Below are positions 26,509 through 34,441 of a stretch of DNA of 34,441 nt, piece by piece (the stretch's first letter is position 1; each line of letters opens with the position of its first letter). The DNA comes from Candidatus Eiseniibacteriota bacterium (lineage in GTDB: Bacteria; Joyebacterota; Joyebacteria; Joyebacterales; Joyebacteraceae). The stretch spans positions 1 through 34,441 of the forward strand of contig JBDRFG010000012.1 in NCBI GenBank assembly GCA_043819135.1, given 5' to 3'. The position numbers and the translations under genes were made by a program. A model generated the notes under the pieces. It had not been told where the DNA came from, ran no database searches, and was given only the letters and a program-made list of their open reading frames with translations.

Positions 26509-26644
26509 ATGCGATGATATGGCTCCCCAGGGAAGGGGTGTTTGGAGTACATTGCGACGGCCCATAATCACCTTCGAAGAGGACGACTGAGGCGGTATGA
26601 TGAGGCATTCTCACGCGGCTCATACCTCATGGCGCGGGGGCGTG

Positions 26645-29600
26645 ATGGAAGCCGATCTGGCGGGCAGGACAGTCTCTCACTTCAGAATCCTCGACAAGCT
26701 CGGTGAAGGCGGCATGGGCGTCGTCTACAAGGCTGAGGATACTCGGCTCCAGCGCGCGGTTGCTCTGAAGTTCGTCTCGCACCACATCCTCTGCTCGGCA
26801 AAGGCAGCCGCGAGATTCATTCGCGAGGCGCAGGCCGCCGCCGCATGTGAGCATCCGAACGTGTGCACCATATACGAGGTCGGCGACAGCGATGAGGGCA
26901 CCTTCATCGCTATGGCCTACATCGAGGGTCGGAGCCTGAAGGACCGGATTGCATCCGGAGCGCTCTGCATCGATGAGGCAGTCGACATCGCCATTCAGGT
27001 CGCCCGGGGCCTGGGCGCAGCACACCGCAGAGGTATCATCCACCGCGATGTCAAACCCGGCAACATCATGATGACACCCGAGGGCCTCGCGAAGATCATG
27101 GACTTCGGGCTGGCGAGACCTTCTGACGCGACGCGGCTCACAAAGGACGGTTCCGCCGTGGGCACGATCGCGTACATGTCTCCGGAGCAGACACGTGGCC
27201 TGGAGGTCGACGAGCGGTCAGACATCTGGGCACTGGGCGTCGTCCTCTACGAGATGCTCACCGGTCGCAGGCCGTTCCGTGGCGGCTATGACCAGGCCGT
27301 TGTGCACTCCATCCTGAATGATGAGCCCGACCTGATGGCGGACGCCCAGCAGGGCGTCCCCGCTGAGCTGGCGCGAGTAGTCTCCAGGGCTCTGGCCAAA
27401 TCGCCTTCCGGCCGCTATCAGCGTGTCGAGGAGATGCTGGCGGAGCTCCTCCGGTTGGGATGCAGCGGCGCGGAGCCAGCGACGAAGCTCGTGACGGTGG
27501 AGGGAGCAGGCTGCCGCCTCACTAACATCCCTGTGCAGTTGACCAGCTTCGTCGGGCGGAGCGAAGTGGTCGCTGAGGTGGTCGCCCTTCTCCGCAGGGA
27601 GCGCCTCCTCACTCTGGCTGGCGCTGGTGGCTCTGGGAAGACGCGCCTGGCGCTCGAGGTCGGGACGGCGATGCTCCAGAGTCTTCCGGACGGCGCCTGG
27701 CTGGCTGAACTGGCAGCGCTCCGAGACCCGGCGCTGGTTCCTCAGACGGTGGCGGGAGCCATGGGTCTGATGGACGCACCCAACCGAACGCCGACCGAGG
27801 CCTTGGCTGACCACCTGCGAGGAAGGAACATGATGCTCATCCTGGACAACTGCGAGCATCTGCTCGGAGAGTGCGCGCGGTTGGCTGACAGAATCCTCCG
27901 TGCCTGCCCCGATGTGAGGATTCTGACAACGAGTCGAGAGCCGCTGGCGACCGAAGGCGAGACGGTCTTCCGCGTGCCGTCACTGCCCGTTCCTGATGCG
28001 GATGACCGTCTCTCACTGGCTGAGCTTGCCCAGGTTGGAGCGGTCAGACTCTTCGTCGAGAGGGCGGCTGCCACTGAGGCAGGCTTCCATCTGACGGATG
28101 ACAACGCAGAGGCGATTGGCGATATCACCAGAAGACTCAACGGCATACCGCTGGCACTGGAGCTGGCCGCTGCCAGGACCAGCGTGCTCTCGGCGGGCGA
28201 TATCGCCGAGCGGCTTGAGGATCGGTTCGTGCTGCTGTGCGGTGGCTCCAGAGCAGCGCCCGCGAGGCATCAGACGCTGCGTGCTCTGGTGGATTGGAGC
28301 TACGAACAGCTCTGCCAGCGAGAGCAGATTCTGCTCGGGCGCCTCTCGGTCTTCTCGGGTGGGTGGACACTTGAGTCTGCCGAGGCCGTATGTGCAGGAG
28401 ACGGGATTGAGGAGAAGGACGTTCTGGGACTCATGTCAAACCTCGTGAGGAAATCACTCGCCGAGAAACTGACCAGTTCCGAATCAGGTGCTTCGCGCTA
28501 CCGCTTGCACGAGACAATTCTGGCCTACGCGCGCGAGCGCGTGTCTGACGCCGAGCATGCAAGGCTTGCAAAGGGGCACCTTGACTACTTCCTTGAGGTG
28601 GCGGAGCGGGCAGAGATACAGTTGTGCGGCGGCGAACAGGCAACCTCGCTCAGGCGCCTCGAGGGCGAGCGCGAGAACCTGCGCACCGCGCTTGAGACAT
28701 GCCTCGTGGAGAGCGCTGGGATCGACGTGGGGCTGCGACTGCTGGGAGCAATGGGACCCTACTGGGAAATGAGTGGACACTGGACAGAGGGCAGAGACGT
28801 CTGCAGGAGACTCTTGCGGCACCCTGAGGCCGGCGCAAGAACAGCCACCCGTTCGCGGGCTCTCCGTCTCGGGGGATCTCTGGCGCGCCGTCAGGGCGAC
28901 TACGAGGATGCGCGGGTGCTGCTCGAGGAAGCACTCGAGATTTCGCAGGAGACTGGAGACCGGCGGGGCGTTGCCGAATCCCTCTGGCACCTGGGAGTTG
29001 TCGCGTGGAGAGAGGGTGACGCCTCGGGGGCCAGGGCGGTGTACGAAAGGAGTCTCGCCTCTGCTCGTGACCTGTCAGACGGTCAGCTGGTCTCAAGGTG
29101 CCTCAACAGCATGGCTGCGCTGGAAGAGGACTGGGACACCAGGCACGGGCTGTATCTGGAGAGCCTTGAACTCGCTCGAGGTCTCCAGGACCGCGACGGC
29201 GAAGCGGTCGTGTTGTGCAACCTCGGTTCGATGGCCTCGAACGCGGGGAGGTACGAAGAAGGACTGTCGCTGTTGGAGAGGGGTCTCGCTTCCTATCGCG
29301 AACTCGGTCAACCCCGCGGCGTCGCGGTGGCGCTTCTGTCCGTGGCGGACGTTGCCGCCGATGTGGGCGACCTGGAGAGAGCGCGCCCGCGGGCGGAGGA
29401 AGGTCTGCGGCTCACCAGGAAGCTGGGGGCCCGCCACTGGGAATCCTACGCTCTCTCGATACTTGGGCGAGTCGCACGGCTGGAAGGTGACCTGGAGCGC
29501 GCTCGCGAGCTGTTCGAAGAGAATCTGCCGATCGCCGAGGAGGCTGGGGACAGGTCCGAAGCCCACGCGTTCCTCGGGCTCGGACTCGTGTTCCTTGACC

Positions 29601-29977
29601 TTGGGGACTACGACCGCGCCCGCGGATTCCTCGTCGAGAGTTTGCGGCTCTACTGGAAACACATGTTCGAGAGGGGCGCCGCGGACGCGATCGAGGGACT
29701 GGCGAGGCTGGCGACGGTCGATGGCAGTCAAGCCCGCGCCGCGCGGCTCTTCGGCGGCGCCGACGGGCTCCGGCGGGAGCACGGCTGTCCCGTGCACCCG
29801 GTCGACGAAAGCAGGATTGAGAGCTGGCTCGCGGCCGCACGCAATGAACTCGGCGACCGGGAGTTCGAACGGGAATGGTCGGTTGGCAGGTCAATGCCTG
29901 CCGGGAGGGCAATCGAGTACGCCTGCGCCCGGGGCAGCGATGGAGGAACACGATCCCCCCGGGGCTGGCGCCGGTGA
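26645..29977 (+). CDS. Soluble Hanks-type Ser/Thr kinase plus STAND-type (AfsR/NB-ARC-like) ATPase plus TPR repeats, 1110 aa
   Basis: Kinase motifs GEGGMG, VALKF, HRDVKPGN, DFG, YMSPEQ and DIWALG. ATPase motifs TSFVGR, GAGGSGKT, LILDNCEH, TSRE and GIPLALELAAAR. C-terminal TPR-like helices; no TM segment. Confidence 0.93.
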   Translation: MEADLAGRTVSHFRILDKLGEGGMGVVYKAEDTRLQRAVALKFVSHHILCSAKAAARFIREAQAAAACEHPNVCTIYEVGDSDEGTFIAMAYIEGRSLKDRIASGALCIDEAVDIAIQVARGLGAAHRRGIIHRDVKPGNIMMTPEGLAKIMDFGLARPSDATRLTKDGSAVGTIAYMSPEQTRGLEVDERSDIWALGVVLYEMLTGRRPFRGGYDQAVVHSILNDEPDLMADAQQGVPAELARVVSRALAKSPSGRYQRVEEMLAELLRLGCSGAEPATKLVTVEGAGCRLTNIPVQLTSFVGRSEVVAEVVALLRRERLLTLAGAGGSGKTRLALEVGTAMLQSLPDGAWLAELAALRDPALVPQTVAGAMGLMDAPNRTPTEALADHLRGRNMMLILDNCEHLLGECARLADRILRACPDVRILTTSREPLATEGETVFRVPSLPVPDADDRLSLAELAQVGAVRLFVERAAATEAGFHLTDDNAEAIGDITRRLNGIPLALELAAARTSVLSAGDIAERLEDRFVLLCGGSRAAPARHQTLRALVDWSYEQLCQREQILLGRLSVFSGGWTLESAEAVCAGDGIEEKDVLGLMSNLVRKSLAEKLTSSESGASRYRLHETILAYARERVSDAEHARLAKGHLDYFLEVAERAEIQLCGGEQATSLRRLEGERENLRTALETCLVESAGIDVGLRLLGAMGPYWEMSGHWTEGRDVCRRLLRHPEAGARTATRSRALRLGGSLARRQGDYEDARVLLEEALEISQETGDRRGVAESLWHLGVVAWREGDASGARAVYERSLASARDLSDGQLVSRCLNSMAALEEDWDTRHGLYLESLELARGLQDRDGEAVVLCNLGSMASNAGRYEEGLSLLERGLASYRELGQPRGVAVALLSVADVAADVGDLERARPRAEEGLRLTRKLGARHWESYALSILGRVARLEGDLERARELFEENLPIAEEAGDRSEAHAFLGLGLVFLDLGDYDRARGFLVESLRLYWKHMFERGAADAIEGLARLATVDGSQARAARLFGGADGLRREHGCPVHPVDESRIESWLAAARNELGDREFEREWSVGRSMPAGRAIEYACARGSDGGTRSPRGWRR

Positions 29978-31765
29978 TGCCGCGCCAGGTTCGCGACGGC
30001 GACCAGACGACTGCTCCGAATCGGCTACGAATCGGGCCCCCGCTACCACCCCGATGCAAACACCCGTCTCTCCGGAGGCGGGTGTTTGCTTGGATGCCGG
30101 AAGGGGTGGGCGGCCGAAGAGATGCATGAGGATGTCACCGGTGTCGGGATTCAGGTCGATCTCCTTGACGAAGAGGCGAACGAACTGGCGCTTCTCCTCC
30201 CGAGTCCCCACGTCGAAGACGTCACCGAAGGCCTGCCGGCAATGCTCCACGAGGTCCGGGTCGATTCGAGTGGGCTGGCTGTGAGCCTCCATCCGCCCTC
30301 GGCGCTCAAGAAGCTCGTCCCGGCAGATCTTCAGGCGCGCGAGTTCGTCGTTGGCCCAGGCGATGTCCTGGAGCCCTGCTTTGATCGCGCTGCGCAGGTT
30401 CTCGGTTTCCTGTTCGACCCTGGCCAGCTCGCGCTCTATCTCTATGGCACCTTCGGACCGCTGCTGATCCACGGCCTTCAGCTCTTCCTCCATGAGTCGC
30501 TTCAGACGCTCACCGTCTGTCCACGACCGAAAGAGATGCCCGATTTCCTCGACGACTGCATCCTCTATGTCGTCCTTCCTGATCTGCAATCCCTCACCAC
30601 ATCCCAGACCCTGCCTGTACGCCTTTGAGCCACACACGTAGTAGAGCCTGTTCTGATTCCGATAGCCCACCATGTTGGCGTCACATCTCTTGCATACGAA
30701 GAGCCCACCAGAGAGGAGGTATCGGCTGCCCTTTGTCCGGACCTTGGCCATTCGCCCCTTGGATCTATCCTGAGCGACCCGGCTCTGGCGCTTGTTGATC
30801 TCCATTATCGCCTCGGCCTCGTCCATCGTGATGATGGCCGGATGTGCGTTCTCGACGATCTCCCACTCCGAGGGGGGCTTGCGGCGTCCCCGCGCACTGT
30901 GGACATTCCAGACGCCGTACCCTGCGTACTGGAGGAGGGCTGAGGGCTGAAGAAGCGAGTACAGACTGCTCTTGCTCCAGTACCGCTTTCTTGGCGACGG
31001 TACGCGTTGCTCGTTGAGGAACTTCTGGATCCTGGAGAGGGAGGCGTGCTCACCGAGCCGCAGGTCTACTAGCACATGCTGGGCCCACCCCCACACGCAC
31101 GTACCTGCGACGACTGTCTCGTCCTTATCCCACAGCGTCTTCATGACCGGGCCGCCTCGTCGGTCCACTCCCCTTTCCACTCTGTACGAGGTGAATCCCC
31201 AAGGCGCAGCCCCACCGTTCTTGTAGCAGAAGCCAATCTCCGGGTCCCGGCGAGACAGGTTCTCCCGCATGCCCTTGCGTGTGTGGAAGGCCACATCCAA
31301 GGAGTACGAAGCGTTCTTGAACTCGGTCATCTTCTCAATCGCGAGGCCAGCTGTGGTACGGGGATCATACTCGGGCTCGGTCGCGGAAACTACGCGGACA
31401 CCGTGCGAGAGAAGTTCTCCCTTCACCATCGGACCGGCATACGGGTCGCGGAAGAAGCGAGAGAAGTCATGCACCAGGATTCCAGTGATCTGTGGGTCGC
31501 CGTTTGCCCGTTCAACCATGCGCCTGAACTCAGGTCGCTTGCTCTCGTCGGAGAAAGCACTCCCCGTCTCCTGGAAGACCTCGGCGATGGCGATTCCCTT
31601 CCGCCGAGCGTATTCCTCGATCTCCCGAATCTGTGCGGGCATGGACAGCCCTGCTCGTTCCTGCTCATCCGTAGAGACTCGTGCATAGGCAAGATACCGC
31701 TCGGGCGCTGTGTTCTCATCGGCGGCAGCACCTGTTGTGCCATTCACGATATCCAAGAGCCGCAT
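29891..31765 (-). CDS. Large serine recombinase (integrase)
   Basis: ATG at 31765 after GAGAGGGG. Catalytic YARVSTDEQ, resolvase motif VHDFSRFFR, recombinase domain (HPAIIT), zinc ribbon CKRC...YYVC...GC and coiled coil. The last ~45 residues look like read-through and overlap the kinase gene end by 87 bp. Confidence 0.93.
   Translation of the reverse strand: MRLLDIVNGTTGAAADENTAPERYLAYARVSTDEQERAGLSMPAQIREIEEYARRKGIAIAEVFQETGSAFSDESKRPEFRRMVERANGDPQITGILVHDFSRFFRDPYAGPMVKGELLSHGVRVVSATEPEYDPRTTAGLAIEKMTEFKNASYSLDVAFHTRKGMRENLSRRDPEIGFCYKNGGAAPWGFTSYRVERGVDRRGGPVMKTLWDKDETVVAGTCVWGWAQHVLVDLRLGEHASLSRIQKFLNEQRVPSPRKRYWSKSSLYSLLQPSALLQYAGYGVWNVHSARGRRKPPSEWEIVENAHPAIITMDEAEAIMEINKRQSRVAQDRSKGRMAKVRTKGSRYLLSGGLFVCKRCDANMVGYRNQNRLYYVCGSKAYRQGLGCGEGLQIRKDDIEDAVVEEIGHLFRSWTDGERLKRLMEEELKAVDQQRSEGAIEIERELARVEQETENLRSAIKAGLQDIAWANDELARLKICRDELLERRGRMEAHSQPTRIDPDLVEHCRQAFGDVFDVGTREEKRQFVRLFVKEIDLNPDTGDILMHLFGRPPLPASKQTPASGETGVCIGVVAGARFVADSEQSSGRRREPGAASPAPAPGGSCSSIAAPGAGVLDCPPGRH
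30030..30048 (+). other. Putative att junction resembling the 3' end of initiator tRNA-Met
   Basis: AATCGGGCCCCCGCTACCA versus the tRNA-fMet 3' end AATCCGGCCCCCGC(A/T)ACCA. The 5' part of a tRNA is absent. Lies inside the recombinase 3' end (VVAGARF). Confidence 0.6.
30056..30089 (+). terminator. Hairpin directly after the tRNA-like motif
   Basis: GCAAACACCCGTCTC-tccg-GAGGCGGGTGTTTGC: 15-bp stem with one G:U pair. Confidence 0.65.
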
Positions 31766-31787
31766 GTCACATCCCCTCTCATCAGGC

Positions 31788-32300
31788 TCAGGACTTAACC
31801 CGCGATGACCGCTTCTTGCCCGGAGTCGTGTCCTTGCCGACGGCCGGATAAGCGGACTCGCCTTTGTTCTCATAACGCTCGGATCGGGTGAACCACCAAG
31901 AGAGGCCGCTCGTGTTGTGATAGGCACCCGGCGTTCTGGTGCGAGGTCGGACGCTAGCCCTTTGTCCCAGAGAGCCCTTCCGTCCCGTTCTCTCCCAGCC
32001 TCTCCTCTCCATCAGTATGCGCACGACTACCCCAATCGCCTGGCGCATACGCCTCGTCGTGTGACCGTCGTAGCTCAGGAAGAAGCTCTTGAACGGCTCA
32101 GCGTTCTCGAACTCCCGCACGACTCCAGCCAGAGCGGGCCTATCGTGGTGCTTCTCGGAGTCTTCCATTCGAATCTGACGCGCGGATTCGTTGAAGAAGT
32201 CCAAGACGGCCTGGAAGTTCAACCTGGGGTCCTTCACAACATCGGTGAACCTGCTTCCCTGCTTATCCGACAGGAACCCCTTCATCGTCAGTCGAGACAT
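31788..32300 (-). CDS. Hypothetical basic protein, 170 aa
   Basis: RBS AAGGAG before the ATG at 32300. Fills the gap between the primase and recombinase genes; Arg/Lys-rich C-terminal half. Confidence 0.75.
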   Translation of the reverse strand: MSRLTMKGFLSDKQGSRFTDVVKDPRLNFQAVLDFFNESARQIRMEDSEKHHDRPALAGVVREFENAEPFKSFFLSYDGHTTRRMRQAIGVVVRILMERRGWERTGRKGSLGQRASVRPRTRTPGAYHNTSGLSWWFTRSERYENKGESAYPAVGKDTTPGKKRSSRVKS

Positions 32301-32342
32301 TGCTCACACTCCTTGGACAGTCATAATCAGGACCTGCAGATT

Positions 32343-32371
32343 ACGATAGTACGGGCGTGCTCCAGTGTCAA
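32343..32371 (-). promoter_or_regulatory. Putative sigma70 promoter for the 170-aa gene and the recombinase
   Basis: Minus strand TTGACA (32371-32366), 17-bp spacer, TATCGT (32348-32343). Confidence 0.6.
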
Positions 32372-32387
32372 GGCCCTTCTCAGACCT

Positions 32388-34441
32388 CTATGACAACCCG
32401 AGAGAAGCGTCACAAGCGTCACTTGCGTCACTGCAGGTGTCTGACGGGCCTTGGAGCAGCTTGGGGGATGACGCGGCGTGTGACGATGCCTCCGAAGCCC
32501 CGTCGCTGGCAACCTCCGCCTTGCCACCCACCGGTGCCTTCCTGATCACAACCGAGCGCCGCCTAGCGCCCCTGCGCGTCTCGATCTCTATTCCCACCGC
32601 CGCCAAGTTCGGGCGGACCTCGTTCAGTCGGCGCGTTAGAACGTGAGGCGCGCGAGGCCACTCCCTAGCCTTGGTGTTCACAGCATGCCCCTTCGCCAGC
32701 ACCTCCAATTCTGCCAGAAGCTCTGTCGCGGTACCCTCCCACTCCGTCGGATGCTCCATGAATTCTATCACCATCGCCGCGACTGGGCTGGCCTGCAGAG
32801 CTTCCTCGTTCCGGGCTGTGGCGTTACCCTCGTATGCCGCCAGGAACTCCTCCCCGGAGTGACCCAATGCCTCTGCGACCGCGTACCCCCACAGAGCGAA
32901 GTCGGCCATGCGAGGCAATCGGGCGAGCCGGATGGACTTGCGCGACACCATCGCCCGCGACAGCACATCGAGAGCGCTGCCCAGCAGCCGTGGCCGCTCC
33001 TCTTCGAAAGCCCTCCAGATCGACTCCTCAGGCTTCCGGCACTCTGGGCGTATGGACTCAAGGCCAAAGAGGACGCACCGGTCGAGAAGGTCCGGCTTGT
33101 GAGCTGCGACGTTCACGCCATTCATCCCGACGCATCGCCGGAACTCGTAGATAATGTCCTCATCATCGCTGAACAGCTCCCGCTTGCTGAAGCCCTCGCC
33201 AGTCACAGTGCGGCAGAGGATGTCGCTCACCGAAGTCGGGATGGAGCTGATGTTGTCGTAGAAGAGCGCCCAATGATGTGACAGTTGCTGGACCAGCTCA
33301 GTCGGGCTATGTGGGAAGCTCAGCACCTCGAGCGCTGAGGGATCGATGAGCTGGCGCAGCATACGGAACAAGGTAGTCTTGGCCGATCCCTGCGGACCAT
33401 ACAGCACCGGAATCGGGTGAGGAATGTCAGGGACGAAGCAGCACACGACATAGACCAAGAGCAGCAGCCCATGAGATGGGTCGCTCAGATTCACGAAGCG
33501 CAGCAGGTCATGGAGATCGCCGCCGCTGACTGGCTCCGGCAGTGCTCGTTGGTGGGAGTACCTTCGGAACAGAGCCGGCGGATCGGCAATGACCTCCCAC
33601 CTGTTGTCCGTGACCCTAACCGCTCTCCATCCCTCGTTGGCCAGATCAAGCCAGATGGCATCATCGTACCGCGCGACCCGGTTGTACAGCGTGTACCTAC
33701 TACCTTCGAACAACGCTCTGGCCGCGATGACGTTCAGTGCGGAACTGAGCGCTTCGGATCCAACGGCCTTCTCTTCGCTATCCCAGAAGCTCCTCGTGAG
33801 CCACCCTCGGAAGTTCTTGCTGCGACAGCTCCACACCTCAGCATGGCCGCTGACGGGGACGCGTGCGAAAGCGCCGCCGAGGTCGTCATGAAACAACTCC
33901 ACTCCCTCGGCCTCCACCAGGGCGACAAGTCGATCGGCCTGTGAGGCGCTCCTCTTGGACTCGCCCGCAGCATCGGGTGACTCACCGAGATTAGCATCCG
34001 AAGGCTGCCAGAGCGGCGAGCTTGCAACCAGGTCTTTCAGCTCCTGGGTTGTGCGGCCCGCCGACAGCCAGTCGGAGACGTCACCCTTCTCAGGCAGATC
34101 CGGCAGTGTGATAATCTTGACGGTCTGCGCCACGCCGAGCAGACAGCGTCCAACCTGTCGCGCATGCTTGCGGCCAGGCTCGTCGTTGTCCGGGAGGATG
34201 ACGACGTCTCGACCCTGCAGTGCCTCACCGAATTCCCTGCGCCACTTGCCAGCGCCGCCGGAGTTCGTGGTAGCGACCAGGTCCCCGCGGGCCAGTCGGT
34301 CCGCGTCCCTCTCTCCCTCCACGATGTAGACGACGGCCTCTGGGCGAGCCAGCAGATCAGGCAGGCGGAAGAGCACACGCCGCACGCGCTTCAAGTCCCA
34401 GGCCCATCCCCCGTTTCCGTCAGGCCGGCGTTGACGGAAGC
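32388..34441 (-). CDS. Toprim-domain primase fused to a P-loop (helicase-like) domain; 5' end outside the window
   Basis: The frame is open to the window edge (FRQRRPDGNGGWAWDLK...). Toprim motifs YIVEGERDAD and ILPDNDEPG, then KGDVSDW; Walker A GPQGSAKTT; ALFYDNI; C-terminal WEGTATELL...WP winged-helix-like segment. Confidence 0.85.
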   Translation of the reverse strand, partial: FRQRRPDGNGGWAWDLKRVRRVLFRLPDLLARPEAVVYIVEGERDADRLARGDLVATTNSGGAGKWRREFGEALQGRDVVILPDNDEPGRKHARQVGRCLLGVAQTVKIITLPDLPEKGDVSDWLSAGRTTQELKDLVASSPLWQPSDANLGESPDAAGESKRSASQADRLVALVEAEGVELFHDDLGGAFARVPVSGHAEVWSCRSKNFRGWLTRSFWDSEEKAVGSEALSSALNVIAARALFEGSRYTLYNRVARYDDAIWLDLANEGWRAVRVTDNRWEVIADPPALFRRYSHQRALPEPVSGGDLHDLLRFVNLSDPSHGLLLLVYVVCCFVPDIPHPIPVLYGPQGSAKTTLFRMLRQLIDPSALEVLSFPHSPTELVQQLSHHWALFYDNISSIPTSVSDILCRTVTGEGFSKRELFSDDEDIIYEFRRCVGMNGVNVAAHKPDLLDRCVLFGLESIRPECRKPEESIWRAFEEERPRLLGSALDVLSRAMVSRKSIRLARLPRMADFALWGYAVAEALGHSGEEFLAAYEGNATARNEEALQASPVAAMVIEFMEHPTEWEGTATELLAELEVLAKGHAVNTKAREWPRAPHVLTRRLNEVRPNLAAVGIEIETRRGARRRSVVIRKAPVGGKAEVASDGASEASSHAASSPKLLQGPSDTCSDASDACDASLGLS
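32407..32485. repeat. Iteron-like GCGTCAC repeats in the primase gene 3' end
   Basis: GCGTCAC at 32407, 32416 and 32425 (9-bp period); inverted partial copies TGACG at 32442, TGACGC at 32469 and GTGACG at 32480. Confidence 0.6.

Larger units (their letters stand above)
30030..34441 (-). mobile_element. Edge of an integrative element (phage-satellite or integrative-plasmid-like): primase-helicase, small gene, serine integrase
   Basis: Co-oriented replication and integration genes ending at an att-like motif; continues beyond the window. Confidence 0.75.

Noticed and set aside
29970..30048. Intact tRNA-Met gene
   Set aside because: Only the last ~19 nt resemble a tRNA; no matching acceptor 5' strand, D arm or anticodon arm.
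28773..30284. 503-aa alternative-frame ORF
   Set aside because: Out-of-frame overlap with the kinase-TPR gene; Arg/Gly/Ser-rich composition typical of a spurious GC-rich frame.
29891..31765. The serine recombinase as the enzyme responsible for the tldE repeats
   Set aside because: It lies outside the repeats and its att-like motif does not resemble AAGTCTCCCCT. Action in trans cannot be excluded but has no support in the sequence.

Overview
GC-rich bacterial DNA, apparently from a diderm (signal peptides, outer-membrane barrel proteins), in three parts. (1) A secreted TldD/TldE(PmbA)-type peptidase locus that looks like an insertion hotspot. tldD survives only as a 3' remnant (231-486). The last ~756 bp of the tldE-like gene occur three times (1431-2186, 21299-21897, 25678-26433), and homology starts at the same AAGTCTCCCCT motif each time. 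(2) Between these repeats lies ~24 kb of cell-envelope cargo. One operon encodes a kinase-less PpkA-periplasmic-like vWA protein, a fused TagT/TagS-like ABC transporter and three FGE-sulfatase (TagR-like) proteins, in the gene order of the Pseudomonas ppkA-tagT-tagS-tagR module but with no T6SS genes in the window. One FGE protein carries an apparent 8-stranded outer-membrane barrel with variable loops. The cargo also includes a divergent vWA/DUF1598 operon, a TPR-cyclophilin, and a decayed second copy of the FGE unit beside a stand-alone barrel gene. (3) A Ser/Thr kinase-STAND-TPR gene, followed by the edge of an integrative element (large serine recombinase with a tRNA-fMet-like att motif in its 3' end, a small hypothetical gene, and a Toprim primase-helicase running off the window). 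All family calls come from motif recognition and recalled sequences; no database searches were run.
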